DNA of 50,594 bases from Kiritimatiellia bacterium (GTDB lineage: Bacteria; Verrucomicrobiota; Kiritimatiellia; RFP12; UBA1067). The notes beneath the pieces are model-generated. The model was not told the origin of the DNA. It was given only the letters and a program-made list of their open reading frames with translations, and did not search any database. The position numbers and the translations under genes are program-made. This document shows positions 8,510 through 15,989 of this stretch, piece after piece. The stretch spans positions 1 to 50,594 of the forward strand of contig JAEDMN010000001.1 in assembly GCA_016302985.1 (NCBI GenBank), read 5' to 3'. Each line of letters starts with the position of its first letter. Position 1 is the stretch's first letter.

Positions 8510-9625
8510 TCAGTCCATCTTGACGCCCATCATCGCAAGCAGGCGGTCAAGGTCGTCGTTGTCGATGAAATCGATTTCCAGCACGCCCTTCACATGCTTG
8601 CCGTTGGCATGGGTCATGCCGCTCGTCAGGCGGACCGCGCAGCCAAGCTGCTTGTGGATCTCCTCCGTCAACTGGCGGCAATAGCTTTCCGGGATGTCCG
8701 GCGTGCCGGTCTTGCGTTCGACGACGGGGGCGTGAAGACGGGCGACGCGGCGCTCCAGCTCGCGGACCGTGATGCCGGGGATCGTGCGGCCGGTGCGCGG
8801 ATCGGCGAACGCCACGCAGGCAACGGCGAGTTCGCGGACCTCCGCCTCGTTGCCGTACTTGGAGAGGACGCCCTGGAGCACCTTCGCATGGCCCAGCGAG
8901 ACCGCGCCGCGGCGGATGTAGTCGCGGACCTCGACCGGGAGGTCAAGCAGGCCGACCAGGTTGGCGACGGACGAGCGGTTCTTCTTGCCGACGCGGCGCG
9001 CGACCTCGTCGTAGGTGAGGTTGAAGCGCGTCTTCAGCGCCTGGTAGCCCTCGGCCTCCTCGATGGGGTTGAGGTTGTCGCGCTGGAGGTTCTCGGTGAT
9101 CGACATGACCGCGGCGGTCGAGTCGTCGACCTGGCGCAGCACGACGGGGACGAGCTTGAGTCCGGCCTCGATGGAGGCGCGCTGGCGGCGTTCGCCGCAG
9201 ATGAGTTCGAGCTTGCCGTCGGGACGGCGGCGGCAGGTGAGGGGCTGGATGACGCCGTTCTCGCGGATGGACTCCACGAGATCGTCCAGCTCCTCGCGGC
9301 GGAACTCCGTACGCGGCTGGAACGGGCAGCGTTCGATGTCCTGCGGCGGGACCTGGAGGACCTTCTCCGTCTCGGGCACGGTCTCGGCAACCGGCGCGGG
9401 GGCGGGGGACGCGACCGGCGCAACGGGGGCGGCGGAAGCGGCCGGAGGCAGGGGGGCGGACGGCGTGATGAGGTTATCCAGTCCGCCACCGAGGCCACGG
9501 CCGACGTGGCCGAGTCCACCATGCTTCTGCTGCGTCTTCATCGCGGCGCGCGTCGGGGGCTTGGCGCCCGTGGCCTTCTTGAGGAACGGGTTGGCGTGGG
9601 TCGGGGATTTCTTCGAAGCACTCAT
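8510..9625 (-). CDS. parB: ParB/Spo0J chromosome partitioning protein
   Basis: GLGHVGRGLGGGLDNLI N-terminal motif, ParB box (GVIQPL...GERR), and HTH region NLTYDEVARRVGKKNRSSVANLVGLLDLP. No parA is adjacent. Confidence 0.85.
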   Translation of the reverse strand: MSASKKSPTHANPFLKKATGAKPPTRAAMKTQQKHGGLGHVGRGLGGGLDNLITPSAPLPPAASAAPVAPVASPAPAPVAETVPETEKVLQVPPQDIERCPFQPRTEFRREELDDLVESIRENGVIQPLTCRRRPDGKLELICGERRQRASIEAGLKLVPVVLRQVDDSTAAVMSITENLQRDNLNPIEEAEGYQALKTRFNLTYDEVARRVGKKNRSSVANLVGLLDLPVEVRDYIRRGAVSLGHAKVLQGVLSKYGNEAEVRELAVACVAFADPRTGRTIPGITVRELERRVARLHAPVVERKTGTPDIPESYCRQLTEEIHKQLGCAVRLTSGMTHANGKHVKGVLEIDFIDNDDLDRLLAMMGVKMD

Positions 9626-9669
9626 GTCTACATTCCCTGATGGAGTTTCCGGATCGGGGTTCCGCGGGT

Positions 9670-10554
9670 TCAGCCGGCGACGCGGCGGGCGGATTCGAGG
9701 GTGTTCCAGAGGAGCATCGTGATCGTCATCGGGCCGACGCCGCCGGGAACCGGCGTGATGGCCGAGGCAACGGCCGCGCAGGATTCGAAGTCGGCGTCGC
9801 CGCAGAGACGGAAACCCTTCGGCTTCGTCGCGTCGGGGATGCGGTTGACGCCGACGTCGATGACGACCGCGCCGGGCTTGAGCATGTCGCCGGTGAGCGT
9901 GTTTGGACGCCCCGCGGCGACGACGACGATGTCCGCCGTCTTCGTGTAGACGGAGGCGTCGGGCGTGCCCGTGTGGCAGAGCGTGACGGTGGCGTTGGCA
10001 TGCGCGCCCTTGCGGGAGAGCAGCACCGCGACCGGCTTGCCGACGATGTTGGAGCGGCCGATCACGACGGCGTGCTTGCCGGCGATGTCCATGCCGGTCA
10101 CCTCGATCAGCTTGATGATGCCGTGCGGGGTGCAGGGCAGGAAACAGTCCTCGCCGATGAGCATCTTTCCGACGTTCACGGGCGTGAAGCCGTCCACGTC
10201 CTTCTCCGCGGCGATCGTGTCGATCACCTTCTTCTCCGAGAAGCCCTTCGGCAGCGGCAGCTGCACGAGGATGCCGTGGATCGCGGGGTCGGCGTTGAGG
10301 GCCTTCACCGTGTCGATCAGCGTCGCCTCGGGGATGTCCGCGGGCAGGCGGATTTCGCGGGAGTACATGCCGGCCTCCTGGCAGGCCTTCTCCTTCGCGG
10401 TCACGTAGCTGACCGAGGCCGGGTTGTCGCCGACGAGGATGACGGCAAGGCCGGGCGTCACGCCCTTCTCCGCCTTGAGCGCGGCGACGCCCGCCGCGAT
10501 TTCGGCGCGGGTGTCCGCCGCCAGCTTCCTGCCATCGATGATGGTCGCGCTCAT
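9670..10554 (-). CDS. folD: Bifunctional methylenetetrahydrofolate dehydrogenase / methenyltetrahydrofolate cyclohydrolase
   Basis: MSATIIDGRKLA..., YVTAKEKAC, VIGRSNIVGKPVA, TPVPGGVGPMT motifs; 294 aa. Confidence 0.9.
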   Translation of the reverse strand: MSATIIDGRKLAADTRAEIAAGVAALKAEKGVTPGLAVILVGDNPASVSYVTAKEKACQEAGMYSREIRLPADIPEATLIDTVKALNADPAIHGILVQLPLPKGFSEKKVIDTIAAEKDVDGFTPVNVGKMLIGEDCFLPCTPHGIIKLIEVTGMDIAGKHAVVIGRSNIVGKPVAVLLSRKGAHANATVTLCHTGTPDASVYTKTADIVVVAAGRPNTLTGDMLKPGAVVIDVGVNRIPDATKPKGFRLCGDADFESCAAVASAITPVPGGVGPMTITMLLWNTLESARRVAG

Positions 10555-10640
10555 TTGTGAAACTCCTTGAATTTGGCGCGGATCGCCTCGAGGCAGATGC
10601 CGGCGACCAGCGCGAAAACGCCTTTGAAAAGGTTGCTCAT
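10551..10640 (-). CDS. Candidate 29-aa hydrophobic small protein (MSNLFKGVFALVAGICLEAIRAKFKEFHK) translationally coupled to folD
   Basis: Not in the ORF track (too short). The ATG at 10640 is read by hand and the stop overlaps the folD ATG as ATGA (10551-10554). About 22 of 28 codons end in G/C, like real genes here. It is preceded by TGCTATAAT. Confidence 0.35.
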   Translation of the reverse strand: MSNLFKGVFALVAGICLEAIRAKFKEFHK

Positions 10641-10646
10641 GGGGTG

Positions 10647-10655
10647 ATTATAGCA
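10647..10655 (-). promoter_or_regulatory. Extended -10 box TGCTATAAT (minus strand), 6 nt upstream of the small-ORF ATG; candidate internal promoter for folD-parB
   Basis: The plus-strand attatagca at 10647-10655 is the reverse complement of TGCTATAAT. It lies immediately after the tlyA stop codon. Confidence 0.4.
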
Positions 10656-10657
10656 TT

Positions 10658-11398
10658 TCAGACGGGCTTGCGCCACCAGGCGAGGTACTCGACATTGCCC
10701 TTCTCGCGACCGCGGATGGGAGACTCCTCCACGCCCAGCAGCTCGAGCCCCAGCGTCTTCGTGCCGAATTCGGAAATGTCCGCGACGACGCGGCGGCGGA
10801 CCTCGGGATCCGAGACGACGCCGCCGGGCGCCATGCCGCGCCCCGCCTCGAACTGGGGCTTGATGAGCGAGATGATTTCGCCCCCGGGCAGCAGGACGTC
10901 GGCCATCGGGGGCAGGATGAGCTTGAGGGAGATGAAGCTCACGTCGGTGACGGCGCGCGCGGGGCGCTCCGGCAGGTCGGCAGCCGTCAGGTTGCGGGCG
11001 TTGAAGTTCTCGCGCACCCAGACGCGCGGGTCGACGCGGAGCTTGTAGGCGAGCTGGTTCGTGCCCACGTCGACCGCCATGACGCGCGCGGCGCCGTGCT
11101 GGAGGAGGCAGTCGGTGAAACCGCCCGTGGAGCTGCCGACGTCCAGGCAGACCAGCCCTTCGGCGCGCCAGCCCGGGAACTTCGCGAAGGCGCCCTCGAG
11201 CTTCTCGCCGCCCCGCGAAACGAACCGCGGGGGAGCCTCGACCTCGATCTCGGCGTCCTCGGGAACCGCGCGCCCGGCCTTCGTCTCGACCTGTCCGGCG
11301 ACGCGCACCTTCCCGCCGAGGACGAGCGCCTGCGCGGCCGTCCGCGAGGGCGCAAGCCCCCGCGCCAGCACGAGCGCGTCTAGCCTGATCTTCGCCAC
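10658..11398 (-). CDS. tlyA: TlyA family 16S/23S rRNA (cytidine-2'-O)-methyltransferase
   Basis: S4-like N-terminus MAKIRLDALVLARGLAPSRTAAQALV and the SAM motif CLDVGSSTGGFTDCLLQHGA, then DVSFISL. Confidence 0.85.
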   Translation of the reverse strand: MAKIRLDALVLARGLAPSRTAAQALVLGGKVRVAGQVETKAGRAVPEDAEIEVEAPPRFVSRGGEKLEGAFAKFPGWRAEGLVCLDVGSSTGGFTDCLLQHGAARVMAVDVGTNQLAYKLRVDPRVWVRENFNARNLTAADLPERPARAVTDVSFISLKLILPPMADVLLPGGEIISLIKPQFEAGRGMAPGGVVSDPEVRRRVVADISEFGTKTLGLELLGVEESPIRGREKGNVEYLAWWRKPV

Positions 11399-11411
11399 GG
11401 CGTGCAGATCG

Positions 11412-12722
11412 TCACTTCTGGAGGGGCGTGATCTTGCGGATCTCGTCCCGCCTGTAGGTCTGGTGGACGCCCGGGCTCGTTTCGAGCGTGACGTTGCCGG
11501 CGAAGTCCTTCCCGACGAAGACGCCGCGATGGAAGCCGCGGATCGTCTCGACCTCGGTGTTCGGCGTGAAGACGCGGTGCAGCTTGACGAAGAGCTTGCC
11601 CGTCTCCTTCGACTTGACGACCAGCTTGCGGGAGACGTCCTGGTAGCCGTCGAGGTGCACCATGACCGAATGCTCGCCCGTGGGGACGGACTCCACTGCG
11701 AGGATCTGGGAGTGCACGGTTTCCGTGCCGCTGCTGCGCGTGGTGCCGACGGACCGGCCGTCGACGAAAACGCGCGCCCCGGGGGGCGTCGTCGTAATCT
11801 CCAGGCGGCCGAGGACGCTCTCCAGGCTAAACTCCTCCGTCGACTCGCCGCCGTTCTCGAGCGTCACGGTGCGGACCAGCGGCGCGTAGCCCGCGAGCTC
11901 CACGCGGACCTCGTGCGCACCGGCCGGCGCGGCGACCGTCACGGGCGTCTTGCCCTGGTAGTCGCCGTCGAGGAAGACGCGCGCCTGCTCGGGCGTGGAG
12001 ACGACCGCCAGCTTCGCGGGGACGCCCTTCATCCGGATCGCCAGGGCCTGCTTGTCGCCGGGGACGAGCCGCAGCTCGCGCGTCTCGTCCCTGTAGCCCG
12101 CGAGCTTGAACGTGAACGTCGCGAGCCCCTTGGGGATCTGTCCGATCTCGACGGGGGTCCGGCCGCGTTCGACGCCGTTCACGACGACGGTGGCGCCGGC
12201 CGGCTCGGAGGTGCAGGCGACGACCCCGGAGTCGAGCGCGAGCTTCTCCTCGCAGACAAGAGGGGTCCGCCCTTCGGGACGGATGGCGATCCGCCGTGGC
12301 TGGTAGCCGTTGAGCGCGAGGTTCAGGGCGTGCGTCCGTCCGCTCGCGAGGGAAGTCAGCAGCAGCGGCGTCCGCCCCAGCGACACGCCGTTGCACTTCA
12401 CCTCGGCGCCGGCGGGGACCGTCTTCACGAGCACGAGGCCCTTCTCCTCGCGGAGCACGAAGCTCTTCTGGAGAAACTCGCCCGGGCCGACCTTGACGAA
12501 GGCGTCGTCCGCGACGCAGGAGGCCGCCTCGACATGGACGAGGTGGCGTCCGGGCGCGAGGTCGTAGACGGAGCACGGCGCCGTGCCGCGCAGCTTGCCG
12601 TCGACGAAGACCTGCGCGCCCTCGGGCTGGACGGAGACGTCCAGGCGGCTCGGGAGGTCCGACGCCGCGGAAAGCAGCAGCGCGCCCAGCGCGGCCAGGC
12701 ACATGCAGATGGTGCGCTTCAT
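11412..12722 (-). CDS. Secreted protein with five PEGA repeats and a short C-terminal domain
   Basis: Signal peptide MKRTICMCLAALGALLLSAAS. There are five ~65-aa repeats each containing P(E/A/P)GA.V..(D/N)G...G.TP and (L/H)(A/D)GY. The Arg-rich upstream part of the 547-aa ORF is rejected. The ATG overlaps the upstream stop by 1 nt (TGATG at 12720-12724). Confidence 0.75.
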   Translation of the reverse strand: MKRTICMCLAALGALLLSAASDLPSRLDVSVQPEGAQVFVDGKLRGTAPCSVYDLAPGRHLVHVEAASCVADDAFVKVGPGEFLQKSFVLREEKGLVLVKTVPAGAEVKCNGVSLGRTPLLLTSLASGRTHALNLALNGYQPRRIAIRPEGRTPLVCEEKLALDSGVVACTSEPAGATVVVNGVERGRTPVEIGQIPKGLATFTFKLAGYRDETRELRLVPGDKQALAIRMKGVPAKLAVVSTPEQARVFLDGDYQGKTPVTVAAPAGAHEVRVELAGYAPLVRTVTLENGGESTEEFSLESVLGRLEITTTPPGARVFVDGRSVGTTRSSGTETVHSQILAVESVPTGEHSVMVHLDGYQDVSRKLVVKSKETGKLFVKLHRVFTPNTEVETIRGFHRGVFVGKDFAGNVTLETSPGVHQTYRRDEIRKITPLQK

Positions 12723-14032
12723 CACTTGTCTCCCTTCTTGAGACGGGCCTCTACGTCGAGCAGCTTCGCCGCGGCCTCGGCATGGCGGGGGTCGCGCGCG
12801 TCGGGAACCATCTCGCAGAGGATCCGGAGCTCCCGCTGGGCGGTCTTCCAGTCGCCCAGGTTGCTGGCGCGCGTCGTCTGGAACAGCTGGTTGCGGTAGC
12901 GCGTGTCCAGCTCCTTCGCGACCTCGTCGCGGCGGCCCACGAGATCGGCGTAGTCCGCCGGCTTGGGATCGACGGTCTCGAGGTAGAACATCGCTTCGTT
13001 GTACGCGGCGAGGGCCGCCGCGAGGTTGCCGTACTGGACGTCGCGCTCGGCCCACTTCGCATCGCCGGCGCGGCGGGACTCCGCGCTCATGGCGAGCAGC
13101 TTCTCGGCGGAATACTGGATCGCCCAGAGCCCCAGCTCGTTGTTCGCGAACGTCTCGAGGCGCTCCCGCACCTCATGGAAGGCCGGGGGTTCCTGCGCGT
13201 TCTCGATGGAGACGTCGAAGACGCGCCCCCCGCGGACGACGCGGAGCGAATATCCCTTCAGCGCGCCCGCCTCGAGCGGGACGCCCGTGTACTCGCGGTC
13301 CAGCTGGTAGAGGGACTCCGAGTCCAGCAGTTTGTCGAGCCGCGTCCGCGCGTCGCCGGAGAGCTGCGCGGACTTCCGGACGTGGCGGTTCTCCTTCGGA
13401 ACGTCGTCGATCGCCACGGCGAGCCGGCCGGCGCGGTCGACCGACAGGGCGTAGCGGTAGATGCCCTTCGCGTCCGCCTCGACCTTCTCGAAGGCGAGCG
13501 CGTGGAGGACGTCGTCCGCAGGTTCGACCGCGGCGGGGGCCGCCACGGGCGCGGTCTCGCCGTCGCCCATGAACACGAGCGCCGCCGAGCCGGCGACCGC
13601 CAGCACCGCGACCGCCCAGAGCAGGAGGCGGCGCGTCGCCGCCCCGCTCTGCGCGCCCTCCTGTTCAGGTGCGCCGAAGCCCAGGTCGACCGTCGGTTCG
13701 GCCGCGGACAGCCCCTCCGGAGCCGCCGCGCCGGGTTCGACGACCGCCAGCACCACGTCGCCGGCGACCACCCTGTCGCCCGGCTTGAGGGGATGCGAAT
13801 CGGCGCCCAGGGCCACGTCGTTCACCAGCGTGCCGTTCGCGCTGGCAAGGTCGGTGACCCAGAGCGAACCGTCGCGGAACTCGAAGAGGCAGTGGTTGCG
13901 GGAGAGCGCGGGGTCCTTCACGGAGATCTCGCACGAGGGCGACCGGCCAAGCCGGAGCCCAGACGGAGGAACCGCATAGCGGCTGTCCTTCTGGACGCCG
14001 CTGACGATGAGGAGTTCGGGGATGGTGCTCAT
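12722..14032 (-). CDS. FHA domain-containing bitopic membrane protein with a large extracytoplasmic helical domain
   Basis: N-terminal FHA signature (LRLGRSPSCEISV...LSRNHCLF...DLASANGTLVN). One TM (LLLWAVAVLAVAGSAALVF). The ~270-aa C-terminal region has TPR-like helices and no family I recognise. Confidence 0.75.
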   Translation of the reverse strand: MSTIPELLIVSGVQKDSRYAVPPSGLRLGRSPSCEISVKDPALSRNHCLFEFRDGSLWVTDLASANGTLVNDVALGADSHPLKPGDRVVAGDVVLAVVEPGAAAPEGLSAAEPTVDLGFGAPEQEGAQSGAATRRLLLWAVAVLAVAGSAALVFMGDGETAPVAAPAAVEPADDVLHALAFEKVEADAKGIYRYALSVDRAGRLAVAIDDVPKENRHVRKSAQLSGDARTRLDKLLDSESLYQLDREYTGVPLEAGALKGYSLRVVRGGRVFDVSIENAQEPPAFHEVRERLETFANNELGLWAIQYSAEKLLAMSAESRRAGDAKWAERDVQYGNLAAALAAYNEAMFYLETVDPKPADYADLVGRRDEVAKELDTRYRNQLFQTTRASNLGDWKTAQRELRILCEMVPDARDPRHAEAAAKLLDVEARLKKGDK

Positions 14033-14050
14033 GGGTCCTTTCGGAGACGG

Positions 14051-14959
14051 TCACATCACGTTGCCGGCCGCCTGCATGAGGATCGGCCCCAGCAGGATGA
14101 TGAAGACGGCGGGGAAGATGCAGAGCATGAGGGGGCCGAGCATCTTGACCGGCGCCTCGTTCGCAAGCTTCTCGGCGCGGTCGAAGCGCCGGCTGCGCAG
14201 CTGCTCGCTCTGGATGCGCAGGATGGAGCCGATCGAGACGCCGAGCTCGTCCGCCTGCACGAGCGCGTGGACGACGCCCTTCAGGTCGGGCTGGCGCGAC
14301 CGCTCCGCCATGTTGCGCAGGGCCGTGCGGCGCGGCGTCCCCACCTGGATCTCGCGCGTCATGCGGACGAGCTCCTCGCCCAGCGCGTCGAGGCGGCGTC
14401 GCTCGCAGCTCCGCTGCAGCGCACTCATGAAGTCCATGCCCGCCTCGACGCTGAGCGTGAGCAGGTCCAGGACGAACGGCAGCGCGCGCATGATCTCGAG
14501 ATGGCGCCGCTTCAGCGTCCCGCGCAGCCAGGCCAGCGGGTAGATATAGAACCAGCAGACGCCCAGCACGCCGAACAGGCCCCTCTGCACGGGGTCGCCC
14601 GGAACCAGCGCGCCGAGCAGGAAGAGGAACAGGACCCACGCGCCGCCGCAGACGATGGGCATGAGGAACTTCAGCGAGACGAATTCCGAGGGCGACAGCA
14701 GCCCCTCCATGCCCGACGCGACGAGCATCCACCCGGCCTCGCGCCGCTGCTTCTCAAAGGCCTTTCCGCCGACCAGGCCCGACAGGTTCGGGGCCAGCGG
14801 CAGCAGCAGACGCATGAGCAGGGGAATCTTCCGCTCGGCCTTCCGGCCGTCGGCGAGCGTGACATAGGTGATCTCGCGCGCAATGGTCGAGGCGTGGAAG
14901 GCAAGGCCCGCCGCGCAGAGCGCCCAGGTCGCGATGATCGCTATTTGAATGGTGGTCAT
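14051..14959 (-). CDS. Type II secretion system F family protein (TadB/TadC-like pilus platform protein)
   Basis: 302 aa with N-terminal and C-terminal TM helices flanking a T2SSF-type cytoplasmic domain (LPFVLDLLTLSVEAGMDFMSALQ...REIQVGTPRRTAL...LGVSIGSILRIQSEQLR). Confidence 0.75.
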   Translation of the reverse strand: MTTIQIAIIATWALCAAGLAFHASTIAREITYVTLADGRKAERKIPLLMRLLLPLAPNLSGLVGGKAFEKQRREAGWMLVASGMEGLLSPSEFVSLKFLMPIVCGGAWVLFLFLLGALVPGDPVQRGLFGVLGVCWFYIYPLAWLRGTLKRRHLEIMRALPFVLDLLTLSVEAGMDFMSALQRSCERRRLDALGEELVRMTREIQVGTPRRTALRNMAERSRQPDLKGVVHALVQADELGVSIGSILRIQSEQLRSRRFDRAEKLANEAPVKMLGPLMLCIFPAVFIILLGPILMQAAGNVM

Positions 14960-14983
14960 TTAAGGTCAGATTCCCTGAAGAAG

Positions 14984-14992
14984 ATTTTAGCA
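14984..14992 (-). promoter_or_regulatory. Extended -10 box TGCTAAAAT (minus strand) upstream of the tadC-like operon
   Basis: The plus-strand attttagca at 14984-14992 is its reverse complement, 24 nt upstream of the ATG at 14959. Confidence 0.45.
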
Positions 14993-15021
14993 AATAGCAC
15001 CTAGAGTGTGAAGCCGATATT

Positions 15022-15030
15022 TGGTATGAT
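15022..15030 (+). promoter_or_regulatory. Extended -10 box TGGTATGAT upstream of tRNA-Arg
   Basis: It lies 18 nt upstream of the mature tRNA 5' end, back to back with the divergent tadC-like promoter. Confidence 0.45.
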
Positions 15031-15048
15031 ATGCCGCGTTTTGCGCCT

Positions 15049-15125
15049 GGGACAGTAGCTCAACTGGACAGAGCGATGGTTTCCTAAACCGTAGGTTGGG
15101 AGTTCGAGTCTCCCCTGTCCCACCA
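15049..15125 (+). tRNA. tRNA-Arg (anticodon CCT)
   Basis: Hand-folded cloverleaf. Acceptor GGGACAG/CTGTCCC. D arm GCTC-AACTGGACA-GAGC. Anticodon stem ATGGT/ACCGT with loop TTCCTAA (CCT at 15083-15085). T arm GGGAG-TTCGAGT-CTCCC. Discriminator A and encoded CCA. Confidence 0.9.
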
Positions 15126-15140
15126 GGCGTCGCCGCGGCG

Positions 15141-15989
15141 TCAGTCGAGTCCGAACTGCGCGCGGTAGTTCTCGATCACCTGTCGCAGCATCGGCGACGG
15201 CTTCTCCTCGCAGGCGGCGCGCAGTTCGCGCAGGGCGCGGGGCGCAAAGCCCGGGTCCTGCCGCGATTCCAGCATGAGCGCCTGGTAGATGACCTGCCGC
15301 AGTTCGACGCGGTGCTGAAGCCGCTTCGCGACGGCCATTCCCTGATGGGCCCAGTAGAGCGCGCTCGCGAGCGGCGCCGTCCAGTCCTGCGCGCCGTACT
15401 CCGCGTCCACCGCGGCCATCCGCGCCGGGTCCATGCCCAGGTCCGCGAGTCCGCCGGACGCCTGCGCGGCGGCGACTGTCTCCTTCCAGCGGGCCCGGTA
15501 GAACGGGCTCGCGTCGTCCAGATGGGACCCCATCTTGAGCAGGAACGTCCAGGCGAGCTCCTTGTAGATCACCGGGTCGCGCGGGTTCAGGCGCAGGCCG
15601 TCGTCCCGCAGCAGGCGCAGCCCCGCCTCGACCCAGCGCCAGCGGTCCGCGTGCGTGGGCATCATGACGGAGACGTTGTACGCGAGGTTCCAGGCCGCGT
15701 AGGCCCAGACCTCGGGGGTGTGCGGTTCGAGGAAGGTCAGCCAGGTCGCCAGCTGCGCGAGCTCGGCGTAGCGCCCCTCGTCCTGTAGGCGGTCGGCGCG
15801 GAACCAGACGACTTCGGCCGCGATGCTGCGGAAGCCCCCGAGCCCCGCGACGATCATCTCCGCGGCCGGCGAGGGCGCGGCGACGCCTGCGTCCGCCGCG
15901 TCGTCGCGACCGCGCTGGAAGGCCCAGCCGCCGAGCGCGCACCCCGCGAGCGCCGCGCCCGCGGCGATTCTGGTCCAGACCGCGTTCAC
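15141..15989 (-). CDS. Membrane-anchored hypothetical protein (helical, Trp-rich), last gene of the nusB-ribD-ribE unit
   Basis: A GTG start at 15989 forms a GTGA overlap with the ribE stop. There is an N-terminal TM (WTRIAAGAALAGCALGGWAF), then a conserved-looking helical region (VWFRADRLQDEGRYAEL...WNLAYNVSVMM). The upstream Arg-rich part of the 472-aa ORF is rejected. I recognise no family. Confidence 0.55.
   Translation of the reverse strand: MNAVWTRIAAGAALAGCALGGWAFQRGRDDAADAGVAAPSPAAEMIVAGLGGFRSIAAEVVWFRADRLQDEGRYAELAQLATWLTFLEPHTPEVWAYAAWNLAYNVSVMMPTHADRWRWVEAGLRLLRDDGLRLNPRDPVIYKELAWTFLLKMGSHLDDASPFYRARWKETVAAAQASGGLADLGMDPARMAAVDAEYGAQDWTAPLASALYWAHQGMAVAKRLQHRVELRQVIYQALMLESRQDPGFAPRALRELRAACEEKPSPMLRQVIENYRAQFGLD

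Noticed and set aside
12782-15004. 740-aa plus-strand ORF antisense to the FHA and TadC-like genes. The same class of antisense ORF occurs at 21064..23238, 23306..24793, 28202..29941, 40925..43231, 43053..44636, 7763..9640 and 11061..12899.
   Set aside because: All have shadow-frame composition (Arg/Asp/Glu/Gly/Ala/Leu runs with no motifs). In every case the opposite strand encodes a protein with clear family signatures.
15126-15140. GC-rich palindrome CGCCGCGGCG after the tRNA, considered as a possible terminator.
   Set aside because: It is a 10-nt perfect palindrome with no loop and no T-tract, too weak to call.
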